DNA from: an uncultured Clostridia bacterium
Lineage (GTDB): Bacteria > Bacillota > Clostridia > Oscillospirales > Oscillospiraceae
Direction of reading: 5' to 3'
NCBI GenBank assembly: GCA_947170435.1
Contig: CAMVTO010000001.1
Coordinates: forward strand, 60,780-124,779
DNA: 64,000 nt
The notes below the pieces were generated by a model. It made no database searches, had not been told where the DNA came from, and worked only from the letters and a program-made list of their open reading frames with translations. Below are positions 39,558 through 47,919 of the stretch, one piece after another. The translations under genes were made by a program, and so were the position numbers. Within the stretch, counting starts at the first letter, position 1. Each line of letters opens with the position of its first letter.

Positions 39558-40922
39558 ATGGCAAAAGCGTTCTTTGGCGGCGTTCATCCCAATGACATGA
39601 AGGCCGCAACCAATGAAAAGGCCATCGAGCAGCTTGCGCCGCCGAAGCAGGTCATCATCCCGATGTCCCAGCACTTTGGCGCACCCTGCACACCGACCGT
39701 GCAAAAGGGCGATCATGTCAAGATCGGCCAGAAGATCGGTGAGTTCAAGGGCCTTGGCGCTCCCATCCACGCGTCGGTTTCCGGCACGGTCGTCGCGGTG
39801 GAGCCGCGGCCATACTCGATGGGCGGCAATGTGATGTCCGTGGTGATCGACAACGATTTCCAGGACGAAATCAGCGAAGAGGTCGTGGCCCCGGCAAACC
39901 CGGATATGCTCAGCGTGGAGGAAATGATCGAGATCGTCAAAAATGCCGGTATCGTCGGTATGGGCGGCGCAACCTTCCCGACCCACGTCAAGATCGCCGG
40001 CGGCATCGGACAGGTGGACACGGTGATCATCAACGGCGCAGAGTGTGAGCCGTACATCACCGGCGACCATCGCGCCATGCTTGAGCGTCCCGAGCAGATC
40101 GTCGGCGGCTGCTGCTATCTCGCAAAGATGTTTGGCGTGGACAAGGTCATCATCGGCGTTGAGATGAACAAACAGAACGGCATTGATTCCCTCAACAGGA
40201 CCATTGCCGAGAGGAAGGCCCCCGTCGTGGTGCAGCCGCTGCACACCCGCTATCCCCAGGGCGGCGAGAAGCAGCTCTGCCAGGCCATCACCGGCAAGCA
40301 GGTTCCGCCGGGAGGACTTCCCAGCGCCATCGGCTGCGCGGTGTTCAACATCAACTCGGTATGTTCGATCTATAAGGCCATGACCACCGGAATGCCCGTG
40401 GTGCGCAAGGTCGTGACCGTCTCCGGCTCCGGCGTGGTCGAGCCGAAGAACATCGAGTGTCCCATCGGCACTCCCGTCAGCGTCGTGCTGGACGCCTGCG
40501 GCGGTCTGAAGGACGGCACGTTCAAGCTCATCGCCGGCGGTCCGATGATGGGCATGGCGCAGTATACGACGGACATCTCCGTGACCAAGGGCATGGGCGC
40601 GCTGCTGGCATTTGCCGGTGACGAAAACAAGACCTCCGACAATCCGACCTGCATCCGCTGCGGCCGCTGCGTCGAGGCCTGCCCGATGCACCTTGAGCCT
40701 CTCTATTTATATATGTATGTGCAGAAGAAGCGCATCGACGAACTCAATGCCGCCAACATCATGGACTGCATGGAGTGCGGCGCCTGCGCGTACATCTGTC
40801 CGGGCCGACTGCATCTGACCCAGTCGTTTAAGGCGGGCAAGCAGATGGTCAAGGACGACGCCATGAAGAAAAAAGCCGCCGCGGAGGCCGAGAAGGCTGC
40901 CGCAGAGAAGAAAGGAGCGTGA
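39558..40922 (+). CDS. rnfC: Rnf complex subunit C
   Basis: QHFGAP, AGIVGMGGATFPT, NGAECEPY, CIRCGRCVEACP, CMECGACAYICP; promoter TGGACA-17-TATAAT at 39463-39491. Confidence 0.96.
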   Translation: MAKAFFGGVHPNDMKAATNEKAIEQLAPPKQVIIPMSQHFGAPCTPTVQKGDHVKIGQKIGEFKGLGAPIHASVSGTVVAVEPRPYSMGGNVMSVVIDNDFQDEISEEVVAPANPDMLSVEEMIEIVKNAGIVGMGGATFPTHVKIAGGIGQVDTVIINGAECEPYITGDHRAMLERPEQIVGGCCYLAKMFGVDKVIIGVEMNKQNGIDSLNRTIAERKAPVVVQPLHTRYPQGGEKQLCQAITGKQVPPGGLPSAIGCAVFNINSVCSIYKAMTTGMPVVRKVVTVSGSGVVEPKNIECPIGTPVSVVLDACGGLKDGTFKLIAGGPMMGMAQYTTDISVTKGMGALLAFAGDENKTSDNPTCIRCGRCVEACPMHLEPLYLYMYVQKKRIDELNAANIMDCMECGACAYICPGRLHLTQSFKAGKQMVKDDAMKKKAAAEAEKAAAEKKGA

Positions 40923-40928
40923 GCGAAC

Positions 40929-41930
40929 ATGGATTATAAGGCGTTAAAGCTCATCGCTTCCTCGAACCCGCATATCCGCAACAACGAGGACACCCGCTCG
41001 ATCATGCTCGACGTGATCATTGCCCTGTGTCCCGCGCTGGCGTGGTCGATTTACCGCTTCGGCTTCCGCGCGCTGCTCGCCGCGGCTGTGTCCGTCGGCT
41101 CCGCGATGTGCTGGGAGTGGCTGTATCGCAAGGCGCTCAAAAAGCCCCAGACGCTCGGTGATCTCAGTGCCGCCGTCACGGGTCTGCTGCTCTCGATGGT
41201 TTGCCCCGTGACGCTCCCGTACTGGATGCTGGTGCTGGGCAACTTCTTTGCGATCGTGGTCGTCAAGCAGCTCTACGGCGGCCTCGGCAAGAACTTTATG
41301 AACCCGGCTCTCGCGGGCCGTGCGGCGCTGGTGGCGTGCTATGCCTCCCAGATGACCAGTTGGATCGACCCGAACGCCGGCTGGGCGCCCCTGAATCTCC
41401 ACGGCGCAGACGTGGTGACGGCGGCGACTCCGATGGCGATGATCGGCGAAGACTTTGCCGGTCTTACCGCCACCTACAGCGTGAGCGACATGTTCATCGG
41501 CTTCGTCGGCGGCTCTGCCGGTGAGATCTCCTCGATGATGCTGCTCATCGGCGGGCTGTATCTCATCTTCCGCAAGGTTATCTCCTGGCACATTCCTGTG
41601 GCGTACATCGGCAGCGTGGCGCTGCTCGCCCTGATCTTCCCCCATGGCAACGACCCCGTGCAGTACATGCTCTACAGCTTGTTCGGCGGCGGATTGATGC
41701 TCGGCGCGTTCTTTATGGCGACGGACTATGTTACGAGCCCCGTGACCAAGAAGGGCCAGCTCATCTTTGGCGTGGGCTGCGGTCTCATCACCGTGTTCAT
41801 CCGCACGTTTGGCTCCTTCCCGGAGGGCGTGTGCTACTCCATCCTGCTGATGAACTGCACCGTGTGGATCATCGACAAGCACGTCAAGCCCACCCGGTTT
41901 GGTGTGGTAAAGGAGGCGGCGAAGAAATGA
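40929..41930 (+). CDS. rnfD: Rnf complex subunit D
   Basis: KQLYGGLGKNFMNPA, DVVTAATP FMN-Thr motif, GAFFMATDY. Confidence 0.96.
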   Translation: MDYKALKLIASSNPHIRNNEDTRSIMLDVIIALCPALAWSIYRFGFRALLAAAVSVGSAMCWEWLYRKALKKPQTLGDLSAAVTGLLLSMVCPVTLPYWMLVLGNFFAIVVVKQLYGGLGKNFMNPALAGRAALVACYASQMTSWIDPNAGWAPLNLHGADVVTAATPMAMIGEDFAGLTATYSVSDMFIGFVGGSAGEISSMMLLIGGLYLIFRKVISWHIPVAYIGSVALLALIFPHGNDPVQYMLYSLFGGGLMLGAFFMATDYVTSPVTKKGQLIFGVGCGLITVFIRTFGSFPEGVCYSILLMNCTVWIIDKHVKPTRFGVVKEAAKK

Positions 41931-42517
41931 AGATCAACAGCAAGTTTATCATCAAGGTTGCCGGCACCCTGACCGCCATTTGCCTTGTGGTCGCGGCGTT
42001 GCTCGGCGGCGTGAACGCGATTACGGCGGATAAGATCGCGGCCATCAATCAGGCCAACACCGAAGCCTCCCTCAACGCGGTTTCCGCGGGTGCGGACGAG
42101 TTCGCTCCCATTGCGCTGACCGATGCCATGACCGCCACCGCGTCCGCCGCGGGCGCGAAGCTGACCGAGGCGTACACGGTCAAGTCCGCGGGTGAGGCCG
42201 TCGGCTATGCCTTCAAGGTTGTGGCCTCCGGCTCCCAGGGCAACATCGAGATGATCGTCGGCGTGGACGCGGACAACGCCGTGACCGGCGTGTCCATCGT
42301 CAATAACAAAGAGACCGCGGGCATCGGTTCCAAGGTCATGGAAAACAACGCGCTGCCCTCTGGTACCGGCGTGCTGGATCAGTTCATCGGCATGTCCGGC
42401 GCGGGCACGCTGACCGTGGGCAAGACGGTTGACGCCATCTCCGGCGCGACGGTCTCCTCCAAGGGCGTGACCAAGGGCGTGAACGCGGCGCTGGCCGTCG
42501 CGGAAGCGCTGGCTTGA
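41927..42517 (+). CDS. rnfG: Rnf complex subunit G
   Basis: N-terminal TM, ETAGIGSK, DAISGATVSS flavinylation motif. Confidence 0.94.
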   Translation: MKINSKFIIKVAGTLTAICLVVAALLGGVNAITADKIAAINQANTEASLNAVSAGADEFAPIALTDAMTATASAAGAKLTEAYTVKSAGEAVGYAFKVVASGSQGNIEMIVGVDADNAVTGVSIVNNKETAGIGSKVMENNALPSGTGVLDQFIGMSGAGTLTVGKTVDAISGATVSSKGVTKGVNAALAVAEALA

Positions 42518-42537
42518 GAAGGGAGGAAGGAACAGAT

Positions 42538-43164
42538 ATGAATTTCGGCAAACAATTCAAGGAAGGCCTTCTGACCAACAACCCCGTTACCGTGCAGTTG
42601 CTGGGCATGTGCTCGACGCTGGCCATCACCACCTCGATGGCGAACGGTATTGGCATGGGCCTCTCCGTTACCATTATCCTGACACTGGCAAATATCTTCA
42701 TCGCGCTGCTGCGCAAGGTCATCCCCGACGAGGTGCGCATCGCGTGCTTCATCGTTGTGATCGCCGGCTTCGTCACTATGGTTGACCTGAGCCTGCAGGC
42801 GTTCTTCCCGGCGATTGCGAAGTCGCTCGGCGTGTTTATCCCGCTGATCGTCGTCAACTGCATCATCCTCGGCCGTGCCGAGGCATTCGCCAGCAAGAAC
42901 ACCGTCCTCGCCTCGGCGGTGGACGGCATCTGCCAGGGCATCGGCTACACCGCCGTGCTGCTGGTGCTGTGCTTCTTCCGCGAGCTGCTGGGCGCGGGCA
43001 CGCTGTTCGGCGTGCAGATCATGCCCAAGAGCTACGTTCCGGCGGGCATCCTGGTGCTGCCGGTGGGCGGCTTCCTCTGCCTCGGCGCGCTGATTGCCGC
43101 GATGCAGTGGGGTCTCAAGAAGGCGGAAAAGAAGAACGCGAAGAAGGAGGGTGAACAGGCATGA
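42538..43164 (+). CDS. rnfE: Rnf complex subunit E
   Basis: LLGMCSTLA, PLIVVNCIILGRAE. Confidence 0.95.
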   Translation: MNFGKQFKEGLLTNNPVTVQLLGMCSTLAITTSMANGIGMGLSVTIILTLANIFIALLRKVIPDEVRIACFIVVIAGFVTMVDLSLQAFFPAIAKSLGVFIPLIVVNCIILGRAEAFASKNTVLASAVDGICQGIGYTAVLLVLCFFRELLGAGTLFGVQIMPKSYVPAGILVLPVGGFLCLGALIAAMQWGLKKAEKKNAKKEGEQA

Positions 43165-43751
43165 AGATCACAACATTGCTCGCCATCTCCCTCGGCGCGA
43201 TCCTGACCAACAACTTCATCTTCGCGCAATTCCTCGGCATCTGCCCGTTCCTCGGCGTGTCCAAGAAGTCGGATACCGCCATCGGCATGGGGTTGGCGGT
43301 GACTTTCGTCATGGGCCTTGCCTCCGCCATCACCTACGCGGTGAATCTGCTCCTCGTGGCGCTCGGCCTAGAGTTCATGCAGACCGTGGCGTTCATCCTC
43401 GTCATCGCGTCGCTGGTGCAGTTCATCGAGATGTTCCTCAAGAAGTCCATGCCGTCGCTGTATACGGCGCTGGGCGTCTACCTGCCGCTGATCACCACCA
43501 ACTGCGCGGTGCTGGGCGTCGCGCTGCTGAACGTGCAGAACGAATACAACTTTATCGAGTCCGTGGTCTACGGCGTCACCGGCGGCCTCGGCTTCCTGCT
43601 GGCGATCTACCTGTTCGCAACGGTGCGTGAGCGCACGGAGTTCGCGGACTATCCCGAATCCTTTGAAGGCTTCCCCATCGCGCTGATCACCTCCGGCCTG
43701 CTGGCGCTTGCCTTCATGGGCTTCTCCGGCCTTCAGGTCTGGCCGATGTAA
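43161..43751 (+). CDS. rnfA: Rnf complex subunit A
   Basis: FLGICPFLG, LPLITTNCAVLG. Confidence 0.95.
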   Translation: MKITTLLAISLGAILTNNFIFAQFLGICPFLGVSKKSDTAIGMGLAVTFVMGLASAITYAVNLLLVALGLEFMQTVAFILVIASLVQFIEMFLKKSMPSLYTALGVYLPLITTNCAVLGVALLNVQNEYNFIESVVYGVTGGLGFLLAIYLFATVRERTEFADYPESFEGFPIALITSGLLALAFMGFSGLQVWPM

Positions 43752-43766
43752 GGGAGGGTAACGAAT

Positions 43767-44669
43767 ATGACTATCGTATATGCTGTTTTGATCCTCGGCG
43801 TCATCGCCGTCATCTTCGGCCTTGTCCTCGCGTTTGCCGCGAAGGTGTTCGAGGTGGAGGTCGACCCGAGGCTCCCACAGATCCAAAGCGCCCTTGCCGG
43901 CGCGAACTGCGGCGGCTGCGGCTATCCCGGCTGCGCCGGCTGCGCCGAGGCGATTTTGAACGGCAAGGCGCCCGTCACCGCCTGCGCCCCCGCGGGCGCG
44001 GAGGGCGCGGCGAAGATCGCCGCCATCATGGGCGTCGAGGCCGATGCGGGCGAGAAGCAGGTCGCGCACGTCATCTGCAACGGCGGCGACAACTGCGTCA
44101 AGCGCTATGACTACGTCGGCACGCCCAGCTGCCTCGCCGCGACGAAGGTTGCCGCCGGCCCGACCGCGTGCCAGTTCGGTTGCCTCGGCTTTGGCGAGTG
44201 CGTGGCTGCCTGCCAGTTCGACGCCATCCACATCAACGATCACGGCGTTGCCGAGGTCGACAAGGAAAAGTGCACCAACTGCGGCGCCTGCCGCGAGGCG
44301 TGCCCGCGCCACATCATCGTTGAGGTGCCCTACAAGCAGAAGGTGTTCGTCAACTGCGCAAACAAGGATCGCGGCCCGGCCGTGACCAAGGTCTGTGCCA
44401 ACTCCTGCATCGCCTGCGGTATGTGCGAGCGCACCTGCAAGAAGGACGCGATCCACGTCGTGAACAACGTCGCGGTGATTGACTACGCGAAGTGCGTCAA
44501 CTGCGGCCTGTGCGCCAAGGCGTGCCCGAAGAACGCCATCGAGCCGATCCCGACCCCGGAGGAGAAGGAGAAGTTCAAGGCCGCGCAGAAGGCTGCCGCC
44601 GAGCGCGCCGCCGCCGCGAAGAAGGCCGCGGAGGAGAAGGCTGCCGCCGAGGGTGCGAACCCGTCCTGA
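43767..44669 (+). CDS. rnfB: Rnf complex subunit B (polyferredoxin)
   Basis: ANCGGCGYPGC and multiple CxxCxxCxxxCP motifs. Confidence 0.95.
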   Translation: MTIVYAVLILGVIAVIFGLVLAFAAKVFEVEVDPRLPQIQSALAGANCGGCGYPGCAGCAEAILNGKAPVTACAPAGAEGAAKIAAIMGVEADAGEKQVAHVICNGGDNCVKRYDYVGTPSCLAATKVAAGPTACQFGCLGFGECVAACQFDAIHINDHGVAEVDKEKCTNCGACREACPRHIIVEVPYKQKVFVNCANKDRGPAVTKVCANSCIACGMCERTCKKDAIHVVNNVAVIDYAKCVNCGLCAKACPKNAIEPIPTPEEKEKFKAAQKAAAERAAAAKKAAEEKAAAEGANPS

Positions 44670-44742
44670 CACCGCCTTTTCTCTTTCCTCTTGCGGAAAG
44701 AGAAAACACGGTTTCAGACTTCCCCAAAAGAGAAAGACGCTG
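44666..44742 (-). repeat. Dispersed palindromic repeat family 1, copy C (inverted)
   Basis: Reverse complement CAGCGTCTTTCTCTTTTGGGGAAGTCTGAAACCGTG-TTTTCTCTTTCC-GCAAGA-GGAAAGAGAAAA-GGCGGTGTCAG; closest to copy B. Confidence 0.87.
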
Positions 44743-44771
44743 ACGCGACTGCCGCGTGAGCGTCTTTTTTT
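44733..44771 (+). terminator. Probable rnf operon terminator
   Basis: AAAGACGCT..ACGCG-ACTGC-CGCGT..AGCGTCTTTTTTT. Confidence 0.7.
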
Positions 44772-44830
44772 CTGCGTGGTACGATGCGCTGTTTTCCTTA
44801 TGTCGAATTGACTTCCCTCGATTGCCTGGT

Positions 44831-44891
44831 CACCGTTGCGCCAGCCGCTTCTCGCTTCCCGATGGTCGCGACAAGCGGGGCGCTGCCTCGA
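44831..44891 (-). repeat. Dispersed GC-rich repeat family 2, copy 2 (inverted)
   Basis: Reverse complement aligns end to end with 4689-4751. Confidence 0.85.
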
Positions 44892-45027
44892 AATTCGCTC
44901 GCTTCATCCGCCACAGGCGGCGCTTCGCTCATTTCCACCGGGCGAGCCCCGCCGTGTGCGAGGAGGGTGAGTCCGTCGTTCGACGGCAAAGACTTGACAG
45001 TGCGCGGAGAATATGGTACGTTTTTGA

Positions 45028-45186
45028 CGCCAAACACAAGTGAAATATCGTTACTAGAGTGAGTTTTTATTTCGGTAAAAACGCACCCCTTAATATTAGC
45101 GCACTCTGGTAGCGTTATTCACTTGTGTTTGGCGACGCATGGGGTCGCGTTTTTCGTGGCGTGACTTCGTGTCACGCCATTTTTTA
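45028..45186 (+). ncRNA. Putative structured sRNA or leader: long hairpin plus terminator
   Basis: Promoter TTGACA(44994)-17-(TG)TACGTT(45017); arm 45028-45061 pairs with 45102-45134; internal TTCG-capped stem 45063-45082; terminator 45156-45190. Confidence 0.6.
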
Positions 45187-45201
45187 TTTTGGGGGACGGG
45201 T

Positions 45202-45420
45202 ATGAAAACGGTGGACGAGTTATGGATGGACTTTGACGAGCAAAACCTCGCGCTGCACAACGCGCTGGACATGCTGTACGCGATGAGCGAAGCGGCAAAA
45301 AGCGACGACCTCGATCATAAGGCATTTGCAAACGCGCTGACGGTTCTTTATGACCATCTCAGCGAGATTGAAACACAATACAGTCAGCTCAACGAGACGT
45401 TGATCGCGCTGAAAACGTAA
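45202..45420 (+). CDS. 72-aa acidic, probably helical orphan protein
   Basis: GGGGGA RBS-like sequence; MKTVDELWMDFDEQNLALHNALDMLYAMSE...; amphipathic heptad pattern. Confidence 0.65.
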   Translation: MKTVDELWMDFDEQNLALHNALDMLYAMSEAAKSDDLDHKAFANALTVLYDHLSEIETQYSQLNETLIALKT

Positions 45421-45566
45421 ATTCCATCCCAAGCCCCGTGGCAGGCACCACTGCGCGAAGAAAGGTCGTGCCGGCGGGCAGCCGGCGCGTTGCACCGTCA
45501 ATTCAGCTTACGAAAACAGCGTCCCGTACTACGGCAGGTATCTTCAAATCCCAAGAAACCTTCCCC

Positions 45567-45640
45567 AAAAGCCCTTTCTCTTCTACGGAAGTTTGAAACC
45601 ATTTCTTCTTTCGGCAAGACGAAAGAAGAAACGGTTTCAA
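45567..45640 (+). repeat. Dispersed palindromic repeat family 1, copy D
   Basis: TCTACGGAAGTTTGAAACC-A-TTTCTTCTTTCG-GCAAGA-CGAAAGAAGAAA-C-GGTTTCAA; closest to copy A. Confidence 0.87.
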
Positions 45641-45649
45641 GAAACGTTC

Positions 45650-46351
45650 TTACGCCTGTTTCCGAATCAAAATAAACGGCGTACATTGATCGTCTTGTCC
45701 CGCAGGATTGTCGCGGATGATCTCGCAGAGCTGCTCGTCCGTGAGCGTCACATCGTCGCTCTTGCCGAGGATATCGCGGGTGAAATCATTGGCGTCGATG
45801 ATCATGGTGGAGACGCCGGTCTTTTCCCGAATCTCGTTGCAGACGCCATTGGGATTCTTCGGCAGCGGGATGCCGAACTCACCGTAGACCGGGAACACGT
45901 CGGGGTAGAAGCCGTCCAGCCCGCGCACCTCGTCGCCGACCATGTCGTAAAAGATGCCTTTCTTGCCGATGAGCTTGCCGAAGCCCGCGCACACCGCCGC
46001 CCAAAAGACCTTGAACGCACCGCAGCGGTCAATGGCGAACTGCATCTTGTACACGTCGCCCACGCCGATGCCCGCGCTGTTGTGCTGGGTAGCGAAGCGG
46101 CTCAAAAACTTTGCGAGCCAGCTGATCTTCATATCCTTGCGATAGACTACGTTCTTCTGGCAGAGGGAGACGATCTTTTCGCTGATGGCGAGCAGGTCGC
46201 CCTCCTGCCACAGGGGCTTGACGTAGCGCTCCACCAGCTCGTTGTAGTCCTCGCCGATCTCGATGAAGTGGGTCTGGATTGCGCAGCGGTCGTAGCTGCC
46301 GGTGCCGGTGTCAATGGTGACGTTTTTCTTGTCGTTGGCGGTAAAATCCAT
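45650..46351 (-). CDS. CofE-like (F420-0:gamma-glutamyl ligase family) protein
   Basis: GDLLAISEKIVS, IIDAND, DNPAGQ..Q.TP patterns typical of clostridial CofE-like proteins. Confidence 0.65.
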   Translation of the reverse strand: MDFTANDKKNVTIDTGTGSYDRCAIQTHFIEIGEDYNELVERYVKPLWQEGDLLAISEKIVSLCQKNVVYRKDMKISWLAKFLSRFATQHNSAGIGVGDVYKMQFAIDRCGAFKVFWAAVCAGFGKLIGKKGIFYDMVGDEVRGLDGFYPDVFPVYGEFGIPLPKNPNGVCNEIREKTGVSTMIIDANDFTRDILGKSDDVTLTDEQLCEIIRDNPAGQDDQCTPFILIRKQA

Positions 46352-46425
46352 ATCAAATCTTCCTTCGTCATTAGTAGCGTGGTTATTTTACCACAAATTT
46401 GCAAAAAAGCTACTGTAAAATCAAA

Positions 46426-46854
46426 TTACGCCAGAAAATCGGCGTACTGCTCCACGATCTCCTCGGCCTCCATGCACATCACCGCCCACTCCTCCGGCGC
46501 TGCGACGCCCTTGACCGCCGCCGTGCGAAATCCGGCGGCCTTGGCGTTTCGGAGCGCGTCAGAATGTCCGAGAAAGACCACGGTGTCCCGCAGCGAGGAG
46601 CGCAGGCGGCGCATCGCCTTTTCGTACATCTTCGCGTCGGATGCGGCGCAGCTTGCCTCCTGTGCGGTCAGGATGCCGCGGAAGTAGTCGGACAGCCCCG
46701 CGTCATGGAGCGCACGCTCCGCCTCCGTGCGGGGGAGCGCGGTGACGGCGTACATCCAGACGCCCTCCATCTTCAAGATGGACAGCACCTTGTCGACGCC
46801 CTCGTGGTTTAAGAGGGTGTCCTCAATGGAGAATATCGCGCTTTGCAGCCGCAT
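46426..46854 (-). CDS. Short HAD-fold protein, cap-less, with degenerate motifs
   Basis: AIFSIEDTLL (motif I position), GLSDYFRGIL, AKAAGFRT; own promoter TTGACA-17-TATACT (46910-46882). Confidence 0.65.
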   Translation of the reverse strand: MRLQSAIFSIEDTLLNHEGVDKVLSILKMEGVWMYAVTALPRTEAERALHDAGLSDYFRGILTAQEASCAASDAKMYEKAMRRLRSSLRDTVVFLGHSDALRNAKAAGFRTAAVKGVAAPEEWAVMCMEAEEIVEQYADFLA

Positions 46855-46956
46855 ATCGTGTCACAACCTTTCCCGACAAGCAGTATAAACGGCTTGCCGT
46901 TTCCTGTCAAATATGGTACACTGAACCATCATCTTTTATCCACAGAGGGAAGAAAA

Positions 46957-47877
46957 ATGGAGTTTCTGCGTATTTTGGAAGCTGCCCGCACGCCGGCTGT
47001 CACGGCGTTTCTGGCGGCGATCACCTATCTGGGTGACGAGACGGTGTTCATGCTGCTCGCCATCACCGTGTTCTGGTGCGTCAGCAAGCGTCAGGGTTAC
47101 TATGTGTTTGCCGTCGGCCTCGGCGGTACGGTCATGAACCAGTGGCTCAAGCTGATCTTCCGTGTCCCGCGGCCGTGGGTACTCGACCCGAGCTTTACCA
47201 TCGTCGAATCCGCGCGCGCCGCGGCAACGGGGTACTCGTTCCCATCGGGCCACACGCAGAACATTGTCGGCACGCTGGGCTGCATCGCGGTCGCCAACAA
47301 ACAGAAGTGGCTGCGCGTCGTTTGCTGTGTGTTCATCCTCCTCGTGCCGTTTTCCCGCATGTACCTGGGCGTGCACACCCCGCTGGACGTGGGCGTGTCC
47401 TTTGCGTGCGCCGTGGCGCTGGTCATCGCGCTGTGGCCGTGCTTTCGGGATGACGAACAGTTTGGCAAAACGGTCAAGGCGGTGCTCTGCGCCCTGCTGA
47501 TCCTCTCCGTTTGCTTCGCGGTGTGGGTGAACGTGACCGCGTTCCCTGCGGACGTGGACGCGGAAAATCTGGAGCACGGCATGAAGAACGGCTGGACGCT
47601 GCTCGGCTGCGTGCTGGGGCTGATCGTGTCGTACTATGTGGACGAGAAGAAGCTGCACTTCGACACAAAAGCGCCTCTGGTGGGGCAGGCCTGCAAGCTG
47701 CTGCTGGGGCTGGCGTTTCTCGTCGGCATCCGCGCGGGGGTCAAGCCGGTGCTCAACGCTGTCACCGGCGGCGCGCTGTGGGCGAACGCCGTGCGCTACT
47801 TCTTCATGGTGGTGTTCGCTGGCTGCATTTGGCCGCTGACCTTCCCGTACTTCGCAAAGCTCGGCGCGAAAAAATGA
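46957..47877 (+). CDS. PAP2 family membrane phosphatase
   Basis: KLIFRVPRP, YSFPSGH, SRMYLGVH motifs. Confidence 0.93.
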   Translation: MEFLRILEAARTPAVTAFLAAITYLGDETVFMLLAITVFWCVSKRQGYYVFAVGLGGTVMNQWLKLIFRVPRPWVLDPSFTIVESARAAATGYSFPSGHTQNIVGTLGCIAVANKQKWLRVVCCVFILLVPFSRMYLGVHTPLDVGVSFACAVALVIALWPCFRDDEQFGKTVKAVLCALLILSVCFAVWVNVTAFPADVDAENLEHGMKNGWTLLGCVLGLIVSYYVDEKKLHFDTKAPLVGQACKLLLGLAFLVGIRAGVKPVLNAVTGGALWANAVRYFFMVVFAGCIWPLTFPYFAKLGAKK

Positions 47878-47888
47878 ACAGATATAAG

Positions 47889-47916
47889 GAAACCGCACCG
47901 GAAACGGTGCGGTTTC
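47889..47916. terminator. Hairpin between convergent PAP2 and uvrA
   Basis: GAAACCGCACCG-GAAA-CGGTGCGGTTTC. Confidence 0.75.
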
Positions 47917-47919
47917 GTG

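Noticed and set aside
44570-44660. Ala/Lys/Glu-rich quasi-repeats at the ends of rnfB and rnfC
   Set aside because: Low-complexity charged helical protein tails, not DNA repeats
45028-45134. Long hairpin as SRP RNA, 6S RNA, retron msr-msd or CRISPR repeat
   Set aside because: No SRP domain IV motif, too short and lacking the 6S central bubble, no reverse transcriptase nearby, no direct repeat-spacer array
46936-46944. DnaA box TTATCCACA (also at 21306 and 63042)
   Set aside because: Isolated; two of the three arise from Val-Asp-Lys codons inside genes; no cluster or dnaA gene, so not oriC
47889-47916. GAAACC...GGTTTC hairpin as a fifth family 1 repeat
   Set aside because: Different inner stem, GAAA loop and no GGAAGT flank; ordinary terminator-type hairpin between convergent genes
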